A DNA stretch of 64,000 nt from assembly GCA_963841435.1 (NCBI GenBank), contig CAWJCS010000005.1, positions 448,001-512,000 on the forward strand. Direction: 5' to 3'. The first letter of the stretch is position 1. Each line of letters opens with the position of its first letter. Shown here piece after piece: positions 49,675 to 58,904 of this stretch. This DNA is from an uncultured delta proteobacterium. Lineage in GTDB: Bacteria; Myxococcota_A; Polyangia; Polyangiales; Polyangiaceae. The position numbers and the translations under genes were made by a program. Under the pieces are notes generated by a model. It had not been told where the DNA came from, made no database searches, and was given only the letters and a program-made list of their open reading frames with translations.

Positions 49675-49787
49675 GGCGAGAACCCTCCACCGTCGCGAAT
49701 GGCGCCATAGCGGTTGGCGCGCGCACGACTCCAGGCTATCAGAGCCGCAGACTCGGGAGCACGGAGACTCTTTGTGCGCTTTTTCAC
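49671..49787 (-). CDS. putative 38-aa leader ORF coupled to the hemerythrin gene
   Basis: GAGG RBS, GTG start, stop overlaps the hemerythrin ATG; lies just downstream of a sigma54 element. Confidence 0.35.
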   Translation of the reverse strand: MKKRTKSLRAPESAALIAWSRARANRYGAIRDGGGFSP

Positions 49788-49810
49788 GGCTACCTCGCTC
49801 GCCTCATCGA

Positions 49811-49937
49811 AGCACGAGGCATGCCAGCGGCCCGTCCTTCGCGCCGCGCTCGCACGCTATGCACAAAGCTCGCAACGCTGCCGAGGAGCGCCTGGCGCCA
49901 CGCGACGCAGCACTCGTGGAGCGCGCAGAATCTGCCG
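49811..49937 (-). promoter_or_regulatory. sigma54 promoter plus enhancer palindrome
   Basis: Minus strand TGGCATGCCTCGTGCT (49826-49811) and GCGCA-GAATC-TGCCG (49923-49937). Confidence 0.6.
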
Positions 49938-50033
49938 CTCCGAAGCGTCTTCGCGCGAGATGCGCGTGCGTATTTCGACACCCGTCGGGTTTACCGAGTG
50001 AAGAGAGGACTTACGTTGCCCGCTAGAAGGATC

Positions 50034-51164
50034 ATGCGCGACGAGAAGAAAGAGCCTGCGGCGATTTTGATCGTCGACGACAACGCGGACAATCGCGCGC
50101 TCGCGAGCGCGACGCTCGAGGGCGAAGACTACCGCGTCGCTTCGGTATCGAGCGGCGAAGAGGCGCTGCGCGCCCTCGGAGAGGACCACTTCGACTGCGT
50201 GCTTCTCGACGTGCGCATGCCGGGAATGGACGGGTTCGAGGTATGCTCGCGCATTCGAGCGCTGCCTGGGGGCTCGCAGCTGCCCGTCGTGTTCCTCACC
50301 GCGCTGCGCGACGTTGACACCTTCGATGCCGCCGTCCGGGCAGGCGGCGACGACTTTCTCACGAAGCCCGTGCGCCCCACCGAGCTCGCGCTGCGCGTGC
50401 AGTCGGCACTGCGCCTGCGTCGACTCCACGCGACGAGCCAGGAGTACTACGAGCTGGCGCGCCGGCAGCGCGACGACCTCCTGCGCCTGCAGCTCCAGCA
50501 AGAGCGCCTCATGGCGTTCGTCGTTCACGACCTCAAAAACCCGGTCAGCACCGTGGATCTGCACGCCCAGCTGCTGCTGCGCGACAAGGAGCTGCCCGAG
50601 CGGCTGCGCCCCGCCGCTCAGGGCATCCGCGACGAGGTGCGAAGCCTCATGCGGCTCATCGTCAACCTGCTCGACATCAGCAAGGGCGAGGAAGGCAAGC
50701 TCACTCCGAATGCTGTCACGGTCGAGCTCGAACGGCTCGCGGGCGAGGTGCTCGAGTCAGTGAGCCCCATCGCGCGCACCGCCGAGGTAGCGCTCGAGCT
50801 CCGGCTCGAGGCCGCCGCGGCCAAGGCGGATCCGGACCTTTTGCGACGCGTCCTCGAGAACCTCGTGGAGAACGCCGTGCGCCACGCGCCCGAAGGCTCG
50901 ACCGTGCGGGTGACGAGCCGGGCCGCCGACGGTGGCGTCGAGATTCGCGTGGCGGACGAGGGACCGGGCGTTCCCGAGAACCTTCGCGAGGCCATCTTCG
51001 ATCGCTTCGTGCAGGGCGCCTCCGCCAAGCGCACGGCTCGCTCGGGGCGCGGGCTCGGGCTGGCTTTTTGCCGCATGGCAGCCGAGGCGCACGACGGTCG
51101 CATCTGGATCGAGGACGGCGCGCCCGGCGCGGTCTTCGCAGTATGGTTGCCCGATGGCGAGTGA
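50034..51164 (+). CDS. hybrid response regulator-histidine kinase (REC-HisKA-HATPase)
   Basis: IVDD..LDVRMP; HDLKNP; NLVENA, DEGPG, GLGL; no sensor domain. Confidence 0.92.
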   Translation: MRDEKKEPAAILIVDDNADNRALASATLEGEDYRVASVSSGEEALRALGEDHFDCVLLDVRMPGMDGFEVCSRIRALPGGSQLPVVFLTALRDVDTFDAAVRAGGDDFLTKPVRPTELALRVQSALRLRRLHATSQEYYELARRQRDDLLRLQLQQERLMAFVVHDLKNPVSTVDLHAQLLLRDKELPERLRPAAQGIRDEVRSLMRLIVNLLDISKGEEGKLTPNAVTVELERLAGEVLESVSPIARTAEVALELRLEAAAAKADPDLLRRVLENLVENAVRHAPEGSTVRVTSRAADGGVEIRVADEGPGVPENLREAIFDRFVQGASAKRTARSGRGLGLAFCRMAAEAHDGRIWIEDGAPGAVFAVWLPDGE

Positions 51165-53124
51165 CGACGCGACCTCCGGGGTCGCCACGTTCGGCGACCA
51201 GCTCTTTCAGCGACTCCTCGAAACCGCGCCCGATGCCATCGTCGTCGTCGACAGGAACGGCCGCATCGTGCTCGTCAACGCCCAGACCGAGCGCCTCTTC
51301 GGTCACCGCCGCGAGGAGCTCATCGATGCCTCCGTCGAAGTCCTGATCCCGAACCGTTATCGGGACACGCATCCGATCCACCGCCGCGGCTACGGCGCCG
51401 GTCCGGTCCCGCGCGGCATGGGCTCGGGGGTCGAGCTCTACGGGCTACGCAAGGACGGCAGCGAGTTTCCCGTCGAGATCAGCCTGAGCCCGCTGGAAAC
51501 GCCGAGCGGCCTGCTCGTCTCGAGCGCCATTCGTGACATCAGCGATCGCAAGCGCGCCGAGGCCACGGCGCGCCTCGCCACGGATCGCCTGCTCAGCGCG
51601 ATCGAGAGCATCCAGGGAGGCCTCTCGCTCTTCGATGCCCGCGATCAGCTGGTCCTTTGCAACAGTGCGTGCCGCGAGCTCTTCGGGTCTGGCATCGAGG
51701 GGGCCATCGTCGGGCGCACGTTCGCGGAGATCCTCGACGCGAACCTCGACGCCGGCTTCTTCGAGCTCGGCGACGAGCCGCCGGAGGCCTTCCGGGCGCG
51801 CGCGCTCGCGTACCACGAAAACCCCATTGGCTCGCTCGACGTGAAAACCAGCGACGGGCGCAGCCTGCGCCTCACGCACCGGCGCACCCTCGAGGGCGGC
51901 ATCGTCTCAACGGCGCTCGACATGACGGAGGACGCCGCGCACGAGGCGGAGCTCAAGCGCGCTCACCAGCAGGCCGAGGCGGCCAACGCGGCCAAAAGCG
52001 AGTTTCTTGCCTCGATGAGCCACGAGCTCAGAACACCGCTGAACTCCGTGCTCGGGTTCGCGCAGCTGTTGCAGCTCGATAAGAAGACCCCACTCAACGA
52101 GCGCCAGCGCGAGAAAGTGGACCACGTCATCAAGGGCGGCGAGCACCTCCTGCACCTCATCGACGACATTCTCGATCTGTCGCGCATCGAGGCCGGACGC
52201 GTGCTCATCTCGCCGGAGACGGTGGGAGTCGCCGAGGTGTTGCTCGAGGTGCAATCGACGCTCGACCCGATGGCGGAGCGCGCCGGCGTGAGCTTCACCG
52301 TGGCCCCGCTGCCCTCGACCGCGCTCGACGTGATCGCGGACCGCACCCGTTTTTCGCAGATCCTCATCAACTACGGCTCGAACGCCATCAAGTACGGACA
52401 GCCGGGCGGCCACGTCGTTTTGCGCGTGTCGATGCCCACTCCGAGCTGCATTCGCGTCGGCGTCGTCGACGACGGCATGGGTATCCCTCGGGAGCATCAA
52501 GAGAAGATCTTTCAGCCGTTCCATCGCGCGGGTCAGGAGACGGGGCCAATCCAGGGAACCGGCATCGGGCTCGCCATCACGAAGCGCCTCGCCGAGCTCA
52601 TGGGGGGCACGGTCGGATTCGCGAGCACTCCCGGCGAAGGCTCCGAGTTCTGGGTGGAGCTCCCCGTGCCTGCCGTCGCGCCGAGCTCGCCACCGCCGCG
52701 AGCCCAGGTACGCGCCGCACGCTCCGCGATCGAAGGCGCCAGTCGGTCGTTCACGATCGTGTACATCGAAGACAACCCTTCGAACATCGCGTTCATGCAG
52801 GAGCTCGTCGCCGAGCTCGAGCCCGTGACGCTGATCCCAGCGCCCACGGCAGAGGTCGGTATCGCCATCGTGCGCGCCAAACTGCCCGACGTCGTCATCA
52901 TGGACATCAACCTGCCCGGCATGAGCGGCTACGAGGCGACGCACCAGCTCGCGGAGTGGCCCGAGACGCGCGACATCCCCGTGATTGCGCTCACGGCCGC
53001 CGCCATGCTCGGTGATCGCAGGCGCGCGGAGCAGACCGGCTTTTACCGCTATCTCACGAAGCCCGTGAAGGTTCCGGAGCTGCTTCAGACGCTCGAAGAG
53101 ATCTTCAGCGGCGCCGACGATTGA
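51154..53124 (+). CDS. cytoplasmic PAS-PAS hybrid histidine kinase with C-terminal REC
   Basis: PAS/PAC ([14 protein letters not shown]), [24 protein letters not shown]. Confidence 0.92.
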   Translation: MASDDATSGVATFGDQLFQRLLETAPDAIVVVDRNGRIVLVNAQTERLFGHRREELIDASVEVLIPNRYRDTHPIHRRGYGAGPVPRGMGSGVELYGLRKDGSEFPVEISLSPLETPSGLLVSSAIRDISDRKRAEATARLATDRLLSAIESIQGGLSLFDARDQLVLCNSACRELFGSGIEGAIVGRTFAEILDANLDAGFFELGDEPPEAFRARALAYHENPIGSLDVKTSDGRSLRLTHRRTLEGGIVSTALDMTEDAAHEAELKRAHQQAEAANAAKSEFLASMSHELRTPLNSVLGFAQLLQLDKKTPLNERQREKVDHVIKGGEHLLHLIDDILDLSRIEAGRVLISPETVGVAEVLLEVQSTLDPMAERAGVSFTVAPLPSTALDVIADRTRFSQILINYGSNAIKYGQPGGHVVLRVSMPTPSCIRVGVVDDGMGIPREHQEKIFQPFHRAGQETGPIQGTGIGLAITKRLAELMGGTVGFASTPGEGSEFWVELPVPAVAPSSPPPRAQVRAARSAIEGASRSFTIVYIEDNPSNIAFMQELVAELEPVTLIPAPTAEVGIAIVRAKLPDVVIMDINLPGMSGYEATHQLAEWPETRDIPVIALTAAAMLGDRRRAEQTGFYRYLTKPVKVPELLQTLEEIFSGADD

Positions 53125-54315
53125 TCAGCTCACGGCGAGCCCGAGCTCGTGCAGCGCGCGACGCAGCTCGTCCCCCGAGGCAGGCAGCATCGCGCCCAGG
53201 CGACGCGCATGCGTCCCGAGCCAGGGCGGAGCGTCGGGCAAGAGGTCGTATTTCACGTGGAAGCCGAGCAGCTTGTGCCACTCGCGCTGGTGGCGGGCGC
53301 CGTAGCCTTCGAGCAGGCCGACGTTGCTGCCATGGGACACGCAGGCGACGATGCGCTCGATGAAATCGTGGGCCTCGAACAAGCCGTTGTTCATGCTCTG
53401 CGCGCCGAACGGGCTCGTCACGTGCGCGGCGTCTCCCGCGAGCCACACCCGACCGCTGCCGAAACGCCGTACCAGGCGTCGCTCGAACTGGATGACCGAG
53501 CCCCAGTCGACGCGGCTCGCGCCATCCGGGTAAAAGGGAATGCGCTCGCGCGCGAGGCCCTTTAGTCGAGCAAGATCGGGCAACACGTCGAGGCCCTGGT
53601 CGATCTGGAAGCCGAGCCGCGCGCGGCCGCCCGTGAGCGGCACGACGGCCGACGCCAGGCTGCCCGCGAGGACGAGCTCCATACGCTCGCCCGGATCCTC
53701 CTCGACGGGCGCTTCGAACATCGCGAACGTTTCGGTGCGTCCGAGCTCCGCCGCCTCGATGCCCAGCGCGGAGCGGATGCGCGATTCGTAGCCGTCCGCG
53801 CCGAGCACGAAGTCGGCCGTCACCTGCGACGATTCGACGGGCTCCCACTCGCTGTAGTCGGCCGGCGAGCCGTGGCGGGCGAGCTCTCGGCGCACGAGCC
53901 GCACCTCGACGTTGGCAGCGCTCTGGCGCAGCGTCGTCGCCTGGAAGGGCGCAAGGAGCTCGACGTTCGCCTCGCGGAGCGCCGTCAAGAGCTCCTCCTC
54001 GAGCACGGCCTGAGGCACGGCAAGGGCCGGGGACGAAAGCGCTAGCTCCACGGGATCTTGGTCGTCGGCGCGCAGGCGCACCGTCCGCACGGGACGCCCG
54101 ACCTCGCGCAGGCGGTGGCCGACTCCGGCATCCGCAAGCAGGCCGACCGAGCGCGGATGCAGCAGCGTGGCGTAGCCGCGGCCCCAACCACGGAAGGTCT
54201 GATCGATCACCTCCACCTCGAGGCCGGCGCGAGCTGCTTCGAGCGCCGCGAACATACCCACGGGGCCTGCGCCCACGACGAGGAGCTGGACTGAGCGATC
54301 GCGCGCGGTGGCCAT
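53125..54315 (-). CDS. FAD-dependent monooxygenase (UbiH/PheA-like)
   Basis: VVGAGPVG, GADG..SRIR, LAGDAAH..SPFGAQSMN. Confidence 0.85.
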   Translation of the reverse strand: MATARDRSVQLLVVGAGPVGMFAALEAARAGLEVEVIDQTFRGWGRGYATLLHPRSVGLLADAGVGHRLREVGRPVRTVRLRADDQDPVELALSSPALAVPQAVLEEELLTALREANVELLAPFQATTLRQSAANVEVRLVRRELARHGSPADYSEWEPVESSQVTADFVLGADGYESRIRSALGIEAAELGRTETFAMFEAPVEEDPGERMELVLAGSLASAVVPLTGGRARLGFQIDQGLDVLPDLARLKGLARERIPFYPDGASRVDWGSVIQFERRLVRRFGSGRVWLAGDAAHVTSPFGAQSMNNGLFEAHDFIERIVACVSHGSNVGLLEGYGARHQREWHKLLGFHVKYDLLPDAPPWLGTHARRLGAMLPASGDELRRALHELGLAVS

Positions 54316-54335
54316 GACCTCAGTCCCTGCATGGG

Positions 54336-54538
54336 AGCAAAGATCGGGCCGAGGCCGCGTCTCACGTCTTTCCCCCTATGAAGGCCGAGGCAGCGACGCG
54401 GCCTGGAAAAAACCGCGCCGGCTGCGCAAATGTTGCGCCGGCGTGACCGGCCGACGCAGCCGTTGCCGCACGTCGCCTCGGCAACGAGCCCCGGGATCCG
54501 AAGGGGCCCCGGCGAGAACGCTTGGATCGAAGCTTGCT
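54336..54538. promoter_or_regulatory. divergent sigma54 promoters with paired central enhancers
   Basis: Minus strand CGGCCCGATCTTTGCT (54351-54336), GCGCA-AATGT-TGCGC (54424), ACGCA-GCCGT-TGCCG (54454), plus strand TGGATCGAAGCTTGCT (54523-54538). Confidence 0.7.
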
Positions 54539-54564
54539 ACCAGCTATCCCCAAGCCCACACGCG

Positions 54565-55020
54565 ATGACCATCCGGCGCATCCTCGTCCCCGTCAACTAC
54601 TCGGCCTGCTCGCTCGAGGCGCTGCGTTATGCCGCGGAGCTTGGGCGGACCCTGCGCGCGACGATCGACGTGGTGCACGCCTGGGATCGGCCCACCTACG
54701 TTTCCGACGCCGTGATGGTCCGCCACCCCGACGGCGGCTCGCGCTCGCTCGCCGACATGATCCGGGCGAACGCCGAGTCCGATATGGACAGTTTCCTCGC
54801 GACGGCGAACCTCGGACCCGATCTGCTCGGAGAGCGCCGGTTGATTTCGGGCGACCCCACGGGCAGGGTGCTCGAGGAGCTCGCCAAGGGCACGCACGAT
54901 CTCGTCGTCGTCGGAACCCACGGCCGCACGGGACTGGGGCACGCGCTGCTCGGCAGCTTCGCCGAAAAGCTCGTACGCCTCTCGCCCGTCCCCGTGTTGA
55001 CCGTCCGACAGCCCAAGTAG
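54565..55020 (+). CDS. universal stress protein
   Basis: RILVPVNYS...VVGTHGRTG..LGSFAEKLVRLSPVPV. Confidence 0.92.
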   Translation: MTIRRILVPVNYSACSLEALRYAAELGRTLRATIDVVHAWDRPTYVSDAVMVRHPDGGSRSLADMIRANAESDMDSFLATANLGPDLLGERRLISGDPTGRVLEELAKGTHDLVVVGTHGRTGLGHALLGSFAEKLVRLSPVPVLTVRQPK

Positions 55021-55063
55021 TCCTCCGCTCGCACGTTGCTGTCCGAAGCCTTGGAGCACGACC

Positions 55064-55513
55064 ATGTACAAGATTGGCAAGATTCTGGTCCCGGTTGACT
55101 TTTCTTCCTGCTCTCGAGCAGCGCTCGAGCATGCCCTCGCGATCGCCCAGACCGTGGGCGCCAAGGTCGACGTGCTTCACGTCATCGAAATTCCGTATTT
55201 CAGGGAAGAACCGCAGGTCACGTCGTCGAGCGGAACGGCCTCATTGGGCGACTATGCGCTCGCCGCGGCCAAAGCCGAGCTCGACGAGTTCCTCGGACAG
55301 CTGCCAGCCGACAGTCGCTCGAAGCTCACGGCCTACGTCGCCGTGGGGCGACCGCGAGACACGATCCTCGAGCACGCGGCGAAGGGCTACGACCTGATCG
55401 TCGCCGGGACGCACGGTCGCACCGGGCGCGCCCACTCCTTTGCGGGCAGCCTCGCGGAAAGCTTGGTCCGCAGCGCGACGTGCCCCGTCCTCACGGTGCG
55501 CGAGCCCGACTGA
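55064..55513 (+). CDS. universal stress protein
   Basis: KILVPVDFS...AGTHGRTG..GSLAESLVRSATCPV. Confidence 0.92.
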   Translation: MYKIGKILVPVDFSSCSRAALEHALAIAQTVGAKVDVLHVIEIPYFREEPQVTSSSGTASLGDYALAAAKAELDEFLGQLPADSRSKLTAYVAVGRPRDTILEHAAKGYDLIVAGTHGRTGRAHSFAGSLAESLVRSATCPVLTVREPD

Positions 55514-55517
55514 CGCC

Positions 55518-56957
55518 TCAGCCTCTTGGACGCTCGGCGCGCAGCGTCTCCGCGAGCGCGAGGAAACGGGCGCGCGCGGCGCCGTGCTCGACGATCGGCG
55601 CAGGATAGTGCTTGCCGAGCACGATGCCGGCGCGCGAGAGCGCGCCGCTCGGGGCGAGCCAGGGCGTGTGCACGTGCCGGGCACCGAGCCCCGCGAGCTC
55701 CGGCAGGTAGCGACGCACGTACACCCCATCCGGATCGAATTTCTGGCCCTGCAGGGTCGGGTTGAAGACCCGAAAGTAGGGCTGCGCGTCGGCCCCCGAG
55801 CCCGCCGACCACTGCCAGCCGAGGTTGTTTTGCGCCCAGTCGCCGTCGGTCAAAAGGCTCATGTAGTGAGCCTCGCCCCGACGGTAGTCGGTGAGAAGGT
55901 GCTTGGTGAGAAAGCTCGCCGTGATCATGCGCGCACGGTTGTGGACGAAGCCTTCGGAGGCGAGCTGGCGCGCCGCCGCATCGACGACCGGGTAGCCGGT
56001 CTTGCCCGCGCACCAGGCGTCCCACGCGCTCGTGGCGTTCTGGTACCCAAACTCACGGAACTCGGCGCGGAAGGGTTCTTCGAGCAGCTCGGGGCGCGCG
56101 TACAAGAGGGCGTGCGAGAACTCGCGCCAGACGAGCTCGTTGTGGAACGCCCGGAGCGCGGGCTTCGCCGAGCGCACGAGCGCGTCGTTTGCGGCGTGCC
56201 ACACGGTGCGCGCCGAGAGCGTCCCGAACTTGAGATCCTGGGAGAGACGGCTGGTTCCGTCGAGGTCGAGGCGGTCGCGGGCGGTGTCGTAGCGGCGCCC
56301 CGGCCCGGCGACGAAGCTTAGGAGCCGCTCGCGCGCCGCGCGCTCGCCGCCACGCAGAAGGCGCGGATTGCCCGCGATACCGAGCTCGGCGAGCGTCGGC
56401 AGGGGTAGCGACGGCGTGCGCACGTCGGCGGGCAGCGCCGGGAGGTGGGCAGGAGCCGGCAGCGGCCGCTCGAGCCGCGCCTCGCGCGCAAAGGCACGCA
56501 AAAAGGGCGTGAACACGGAGAACGGCTCGCCCGCGCGCGTCCTCAGCGCACCCGGGGGGCACAGCGTCTCCCCCTCGAACAGCTCGAACGGCACCCGGAG
56601 CGCCGCCCCGACGCGCCGATCGCGCTCGCGCGCGAATGGCTCGGTCCAGCGTGCCGCGACCACGCGCTCGACGCGCCACGCGCTCGCTAGCGCCGGCACG
56701 GCGTCGGCACTGCGCCCGGCCACCACCACGAGCCGCGATCCGAGCGCGGCGATCGTCTGCGCGAGCTCGACGAGCGACTCGAGCAAGAACTGCATGCGAT
56801 GCGGAATGCGGCTCGCACGCTCGGGCGCGAAAAAGTACGGATCGAGCACGAACAGCGGAATCACCTCGCCTTTTTCGACGGCGTCGGTGAGCGGCGCGTG
56901 ATCGGTGACCCTCAGGTCCTTGCCGCGAAACCAGACCAGGGTCCGCATCGAAGGCAC
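55518..56957 (-). CDS. phrB: deoxyribodipyrimidine photolyase (class I / cryptochrome family)
   Basis: WFRGKDLRV.DH, TSRLS, ELVWREF, GKTGYPVVDA, HNRARM, GWQW, RVFNP, FDPDG. Confidence 0.9.
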   Translation of the reverse strand: MPSMRTLVWFRGKDLRVTDHAPLTDAVEKGEVIPLFVLDPYFFAPERASRIPHRMQFLLESLVELAQTIAALGSRLVVVAGRSADAVPALASAWRVERVVAARWTEPFARERDRRVGAALRVPFELFEGETLCPPGALRTRAGEPFSVFTPFLRAFAREARLERPLPAPAHLPALPADVRTPSLPLPTLAELGIAGNPRLLRGGERAARERLLSFVAGPGRRYDTARDRLDLDGTSRLSQDLKFGTLSARTVWHAANDALVRSAKPALRAFHNELVWREFSHALLYARPELLEEPFRAEFREFGYQNATSAWDAWCAGKTGYPVVDAAARQLASEGFVHNRARMITASFLTKHLLTDYRRGEAHYMSLLTDGDWAQNNLGWQWSAGSGADAQPYFRVFNPTLQGQKFDPDGVYVRRYLPELAGLGARHVHTPWLAPSGALSRAGIVLGKHYPAPIVEHGAARARFLALAETLRAERPRG

Positions 56958-57029
56958 GAGCTAGCGCGGATGGCGCGCGGGCGCAGCCGTCAGGACGAAG
57001 ACGTCGGCGCCGACCGGTGGACGATTTGG

Positions 57030-58727
57030 CTATTTGGTCGTCGTCACGGTCACGCGGACGAAATCGCCCGCGTCGGTTTCGCCCGTGATTTCACGGAGCA
57101 CGCCGTAGCCGTCGGTCGAAAACGGTCCGTCACACTGCATGCCGGGCGGGCGGCCGCTGTAAAAAATGTAGAGCTCGGAGAGGGTGAGCTCCTGCCCGAG
57201 GGTGTACACGCTCGTGAAGCTCGGCACGACCCCGCACTCGGCGCCGTCCCCCAGGCCCTGGAGCAGCGCGAGATCGGTGGGGCAGCCGCCGTCGCCGCAC
57301 GCCGCGATCTGCGTCTGGCAGCCGGCGTCCGAATAGTAGAGGTTGAACGGAGACTCGGTCGTGACGCTGCTCGGAATGCAATATTGCTCGAGATCGGTGT
57401 AGCGCCTGAGGTCGCAGCTTTCGTCGAAGCTCGTGTCGAAGAGCCCTCCCTCGCTCGCGAACGCCGAGCCAATCGGTGCTCCGGCGGCGAGCAGCGTGCC
57501 GTCGGCATCGCGATACACATCGTGGCGCAAGCGCCCGGTGCCGAGCCGTGTGCTCGCGACGCCGGGGAAGCTCGACGCCATGACCTCCGCCCCGACGCGG
57601 TAAAACGGTCCTTCACCCGTCACCTCCGCGCAGCTCGCCGTGCTCCCACCGTAGACCGTGCCCTGGTATTCGTCGCCAGCCTCGTAGAAGACCCACGCTC
57701 CGGGATCGCCCACGAAGTCTGCGACGTAGAGCGGCTCAGTGCACGAGATGAGCGACAGAGGCACCTGACACTGCTCGTCCTCGAAGCGATAGTCACGGCC
57801 GCTGAAGACGGGCGCGGGAACGCAGATGGCACCCGAGCCGCGAGCGAACACCCGACATTCGCGATCGGCCTCGGGGTCCGCGAGCGCGAGGGTCTGGAAC
57901 GCACCATCCGCCGCCTCGACGCGCTGTACCGAAAGCCGCGTCGAGCTCGGGAGCACGCGCACGTGGCCCTCGACGAAATCGGCCGGAGCGGCGTCCGAGA
58001 GCACGTAGTAGCGAGACGCAGCCGTGGTCTGGCCCTGCTGGGAGCAGCCCCCGTTGTCGGCGTAGAGCGTCACGCCGGTCGCGAGCAACGTGGCGCGGAG
58101 CGGCTGGAGCGTGCTCGTGCACGCGGTGCTCGTGCCCGATTCGCTCGTGTAGGTGTCGGTGGCCGGCGCGCAGCTCGGGTCGGCCGTCACGACGCGCTCG
58201 GTGCAAGCGGCGTCGGCGAAGAGCTGCGAGCCCATCGCGAGCTCCGGGCGGGCGTCGGGTAGGCAGCGCAGGTGACCATCGGTCGCCGTACGAAAGCTGC
58301 AGTCGACGTCGAGCTCGGTGTCGTGAAAGCCCACGAACACGGGCGGCATGTCGCCCGAGCGGATCTCGTTGACGGCGAGGCGTGTTCCCTTTTCGTACGA
58401 AGGCAAGAACGATGCTCGGTCGCCGACCTCGCCCCCGGCGCCGCCTGCCTCGTTGCCGTTCGCGCCGCCCTCGCCGGAAGCGCCCGCGGCGCCCGCCTCG
58501 CCGGCACCGCCACCGGTTAACACGGCACCGGCGCTGCCACCGCCACCCGCGCGGCCCCCGGAGCCGCTCGCACCGCCGTCCGCCTTACCTCCCGAGCCGC
58601 CCGCGAGATCGCCCGCCGCGCCGCCCGTTCCGGCGGCGTTCGGCTCGTTGCCCGCGTCCTTCTCGCCGCACGCGGCGGCCGCGGTTGACACCACCACCAA
58701 GCACACCCCGAGCCGCACCGCTTTCAT
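57030..58727 (-). CDS. Cys-rich lipoprotein with Gly linker and internal repeats
   Basis: Lipobox AAAC, Gly/Ala linker, three D-x5-C...C(L/V/I)P modules. Confidence 0.75.
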   Translation of the reverse strand: MKAVRLGVCLVVVSTAAAACGEKDAGNEPNAAGTGGAAGDLAGGSGGKADGGASGSGGRAGGGGSAGAVLTGGGAGEAGAAGASGEGGANGNEAGGAGGEVGDRASFLPSYEKGTRLAVNEIRSGDMPPVFVGFHDTELDVDCSFRTATDGHLRCLPDARPELAMGSQLFADAACTERVVTADPSCAPATDTYTSESGTSTACTSTLQPLRATLLATGVTLYADNGGCSQQGQTTAASRYYVLSDAAPADFVEGHVRVLPSSTRLSVQRVEAADGAFQTLALADPEADRECRVFARGSGAICVPAPVFSGRDYRFEDEQCQVPLSLISCTEPLYVADFVGDPGAWVFYEAGDEYQGTVYGGSTASCAEVTGEGPFYRVGAEVMASSFPGVASTRLGTGRLRHDVYRDADGTLLAAGAPIGSAFASEGGLFDTSFDESCDLRRYTDLEQYCIPSSVTTESPFNLYYSDAGCQTQIAACGDGGCPTDLALLQGLGDGAECGVVPSFTSVYTLGQELTLSELYIFYSGRPPGMQCDGPFSTDGYGVLREITGETDAGDFVRVTVTTTK

Positions 58728-58904
58728 GGAGCCTGCGAATCTAGCCAAGCTAGGTCCGCGCTGAAAGCCCTGTTTGTCAGTGGATCACCGGCGCCTCATT
58801 TCGGAACCTCTGTGTGGAACGGCGGGGCCCGTGGGCATTTCGTCGGAGCACGGTGGTCGCCTCAAAAGACCAATGTTCGAAAAAGGAGTACTAACGTGTG
58901 ATCC

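Noticed and set aside
50005-50019. GG..TTGC upstream of the hybrid kinase
   Set aside because: Spacing is GG-N9-GC, while sigma54 requires N10.
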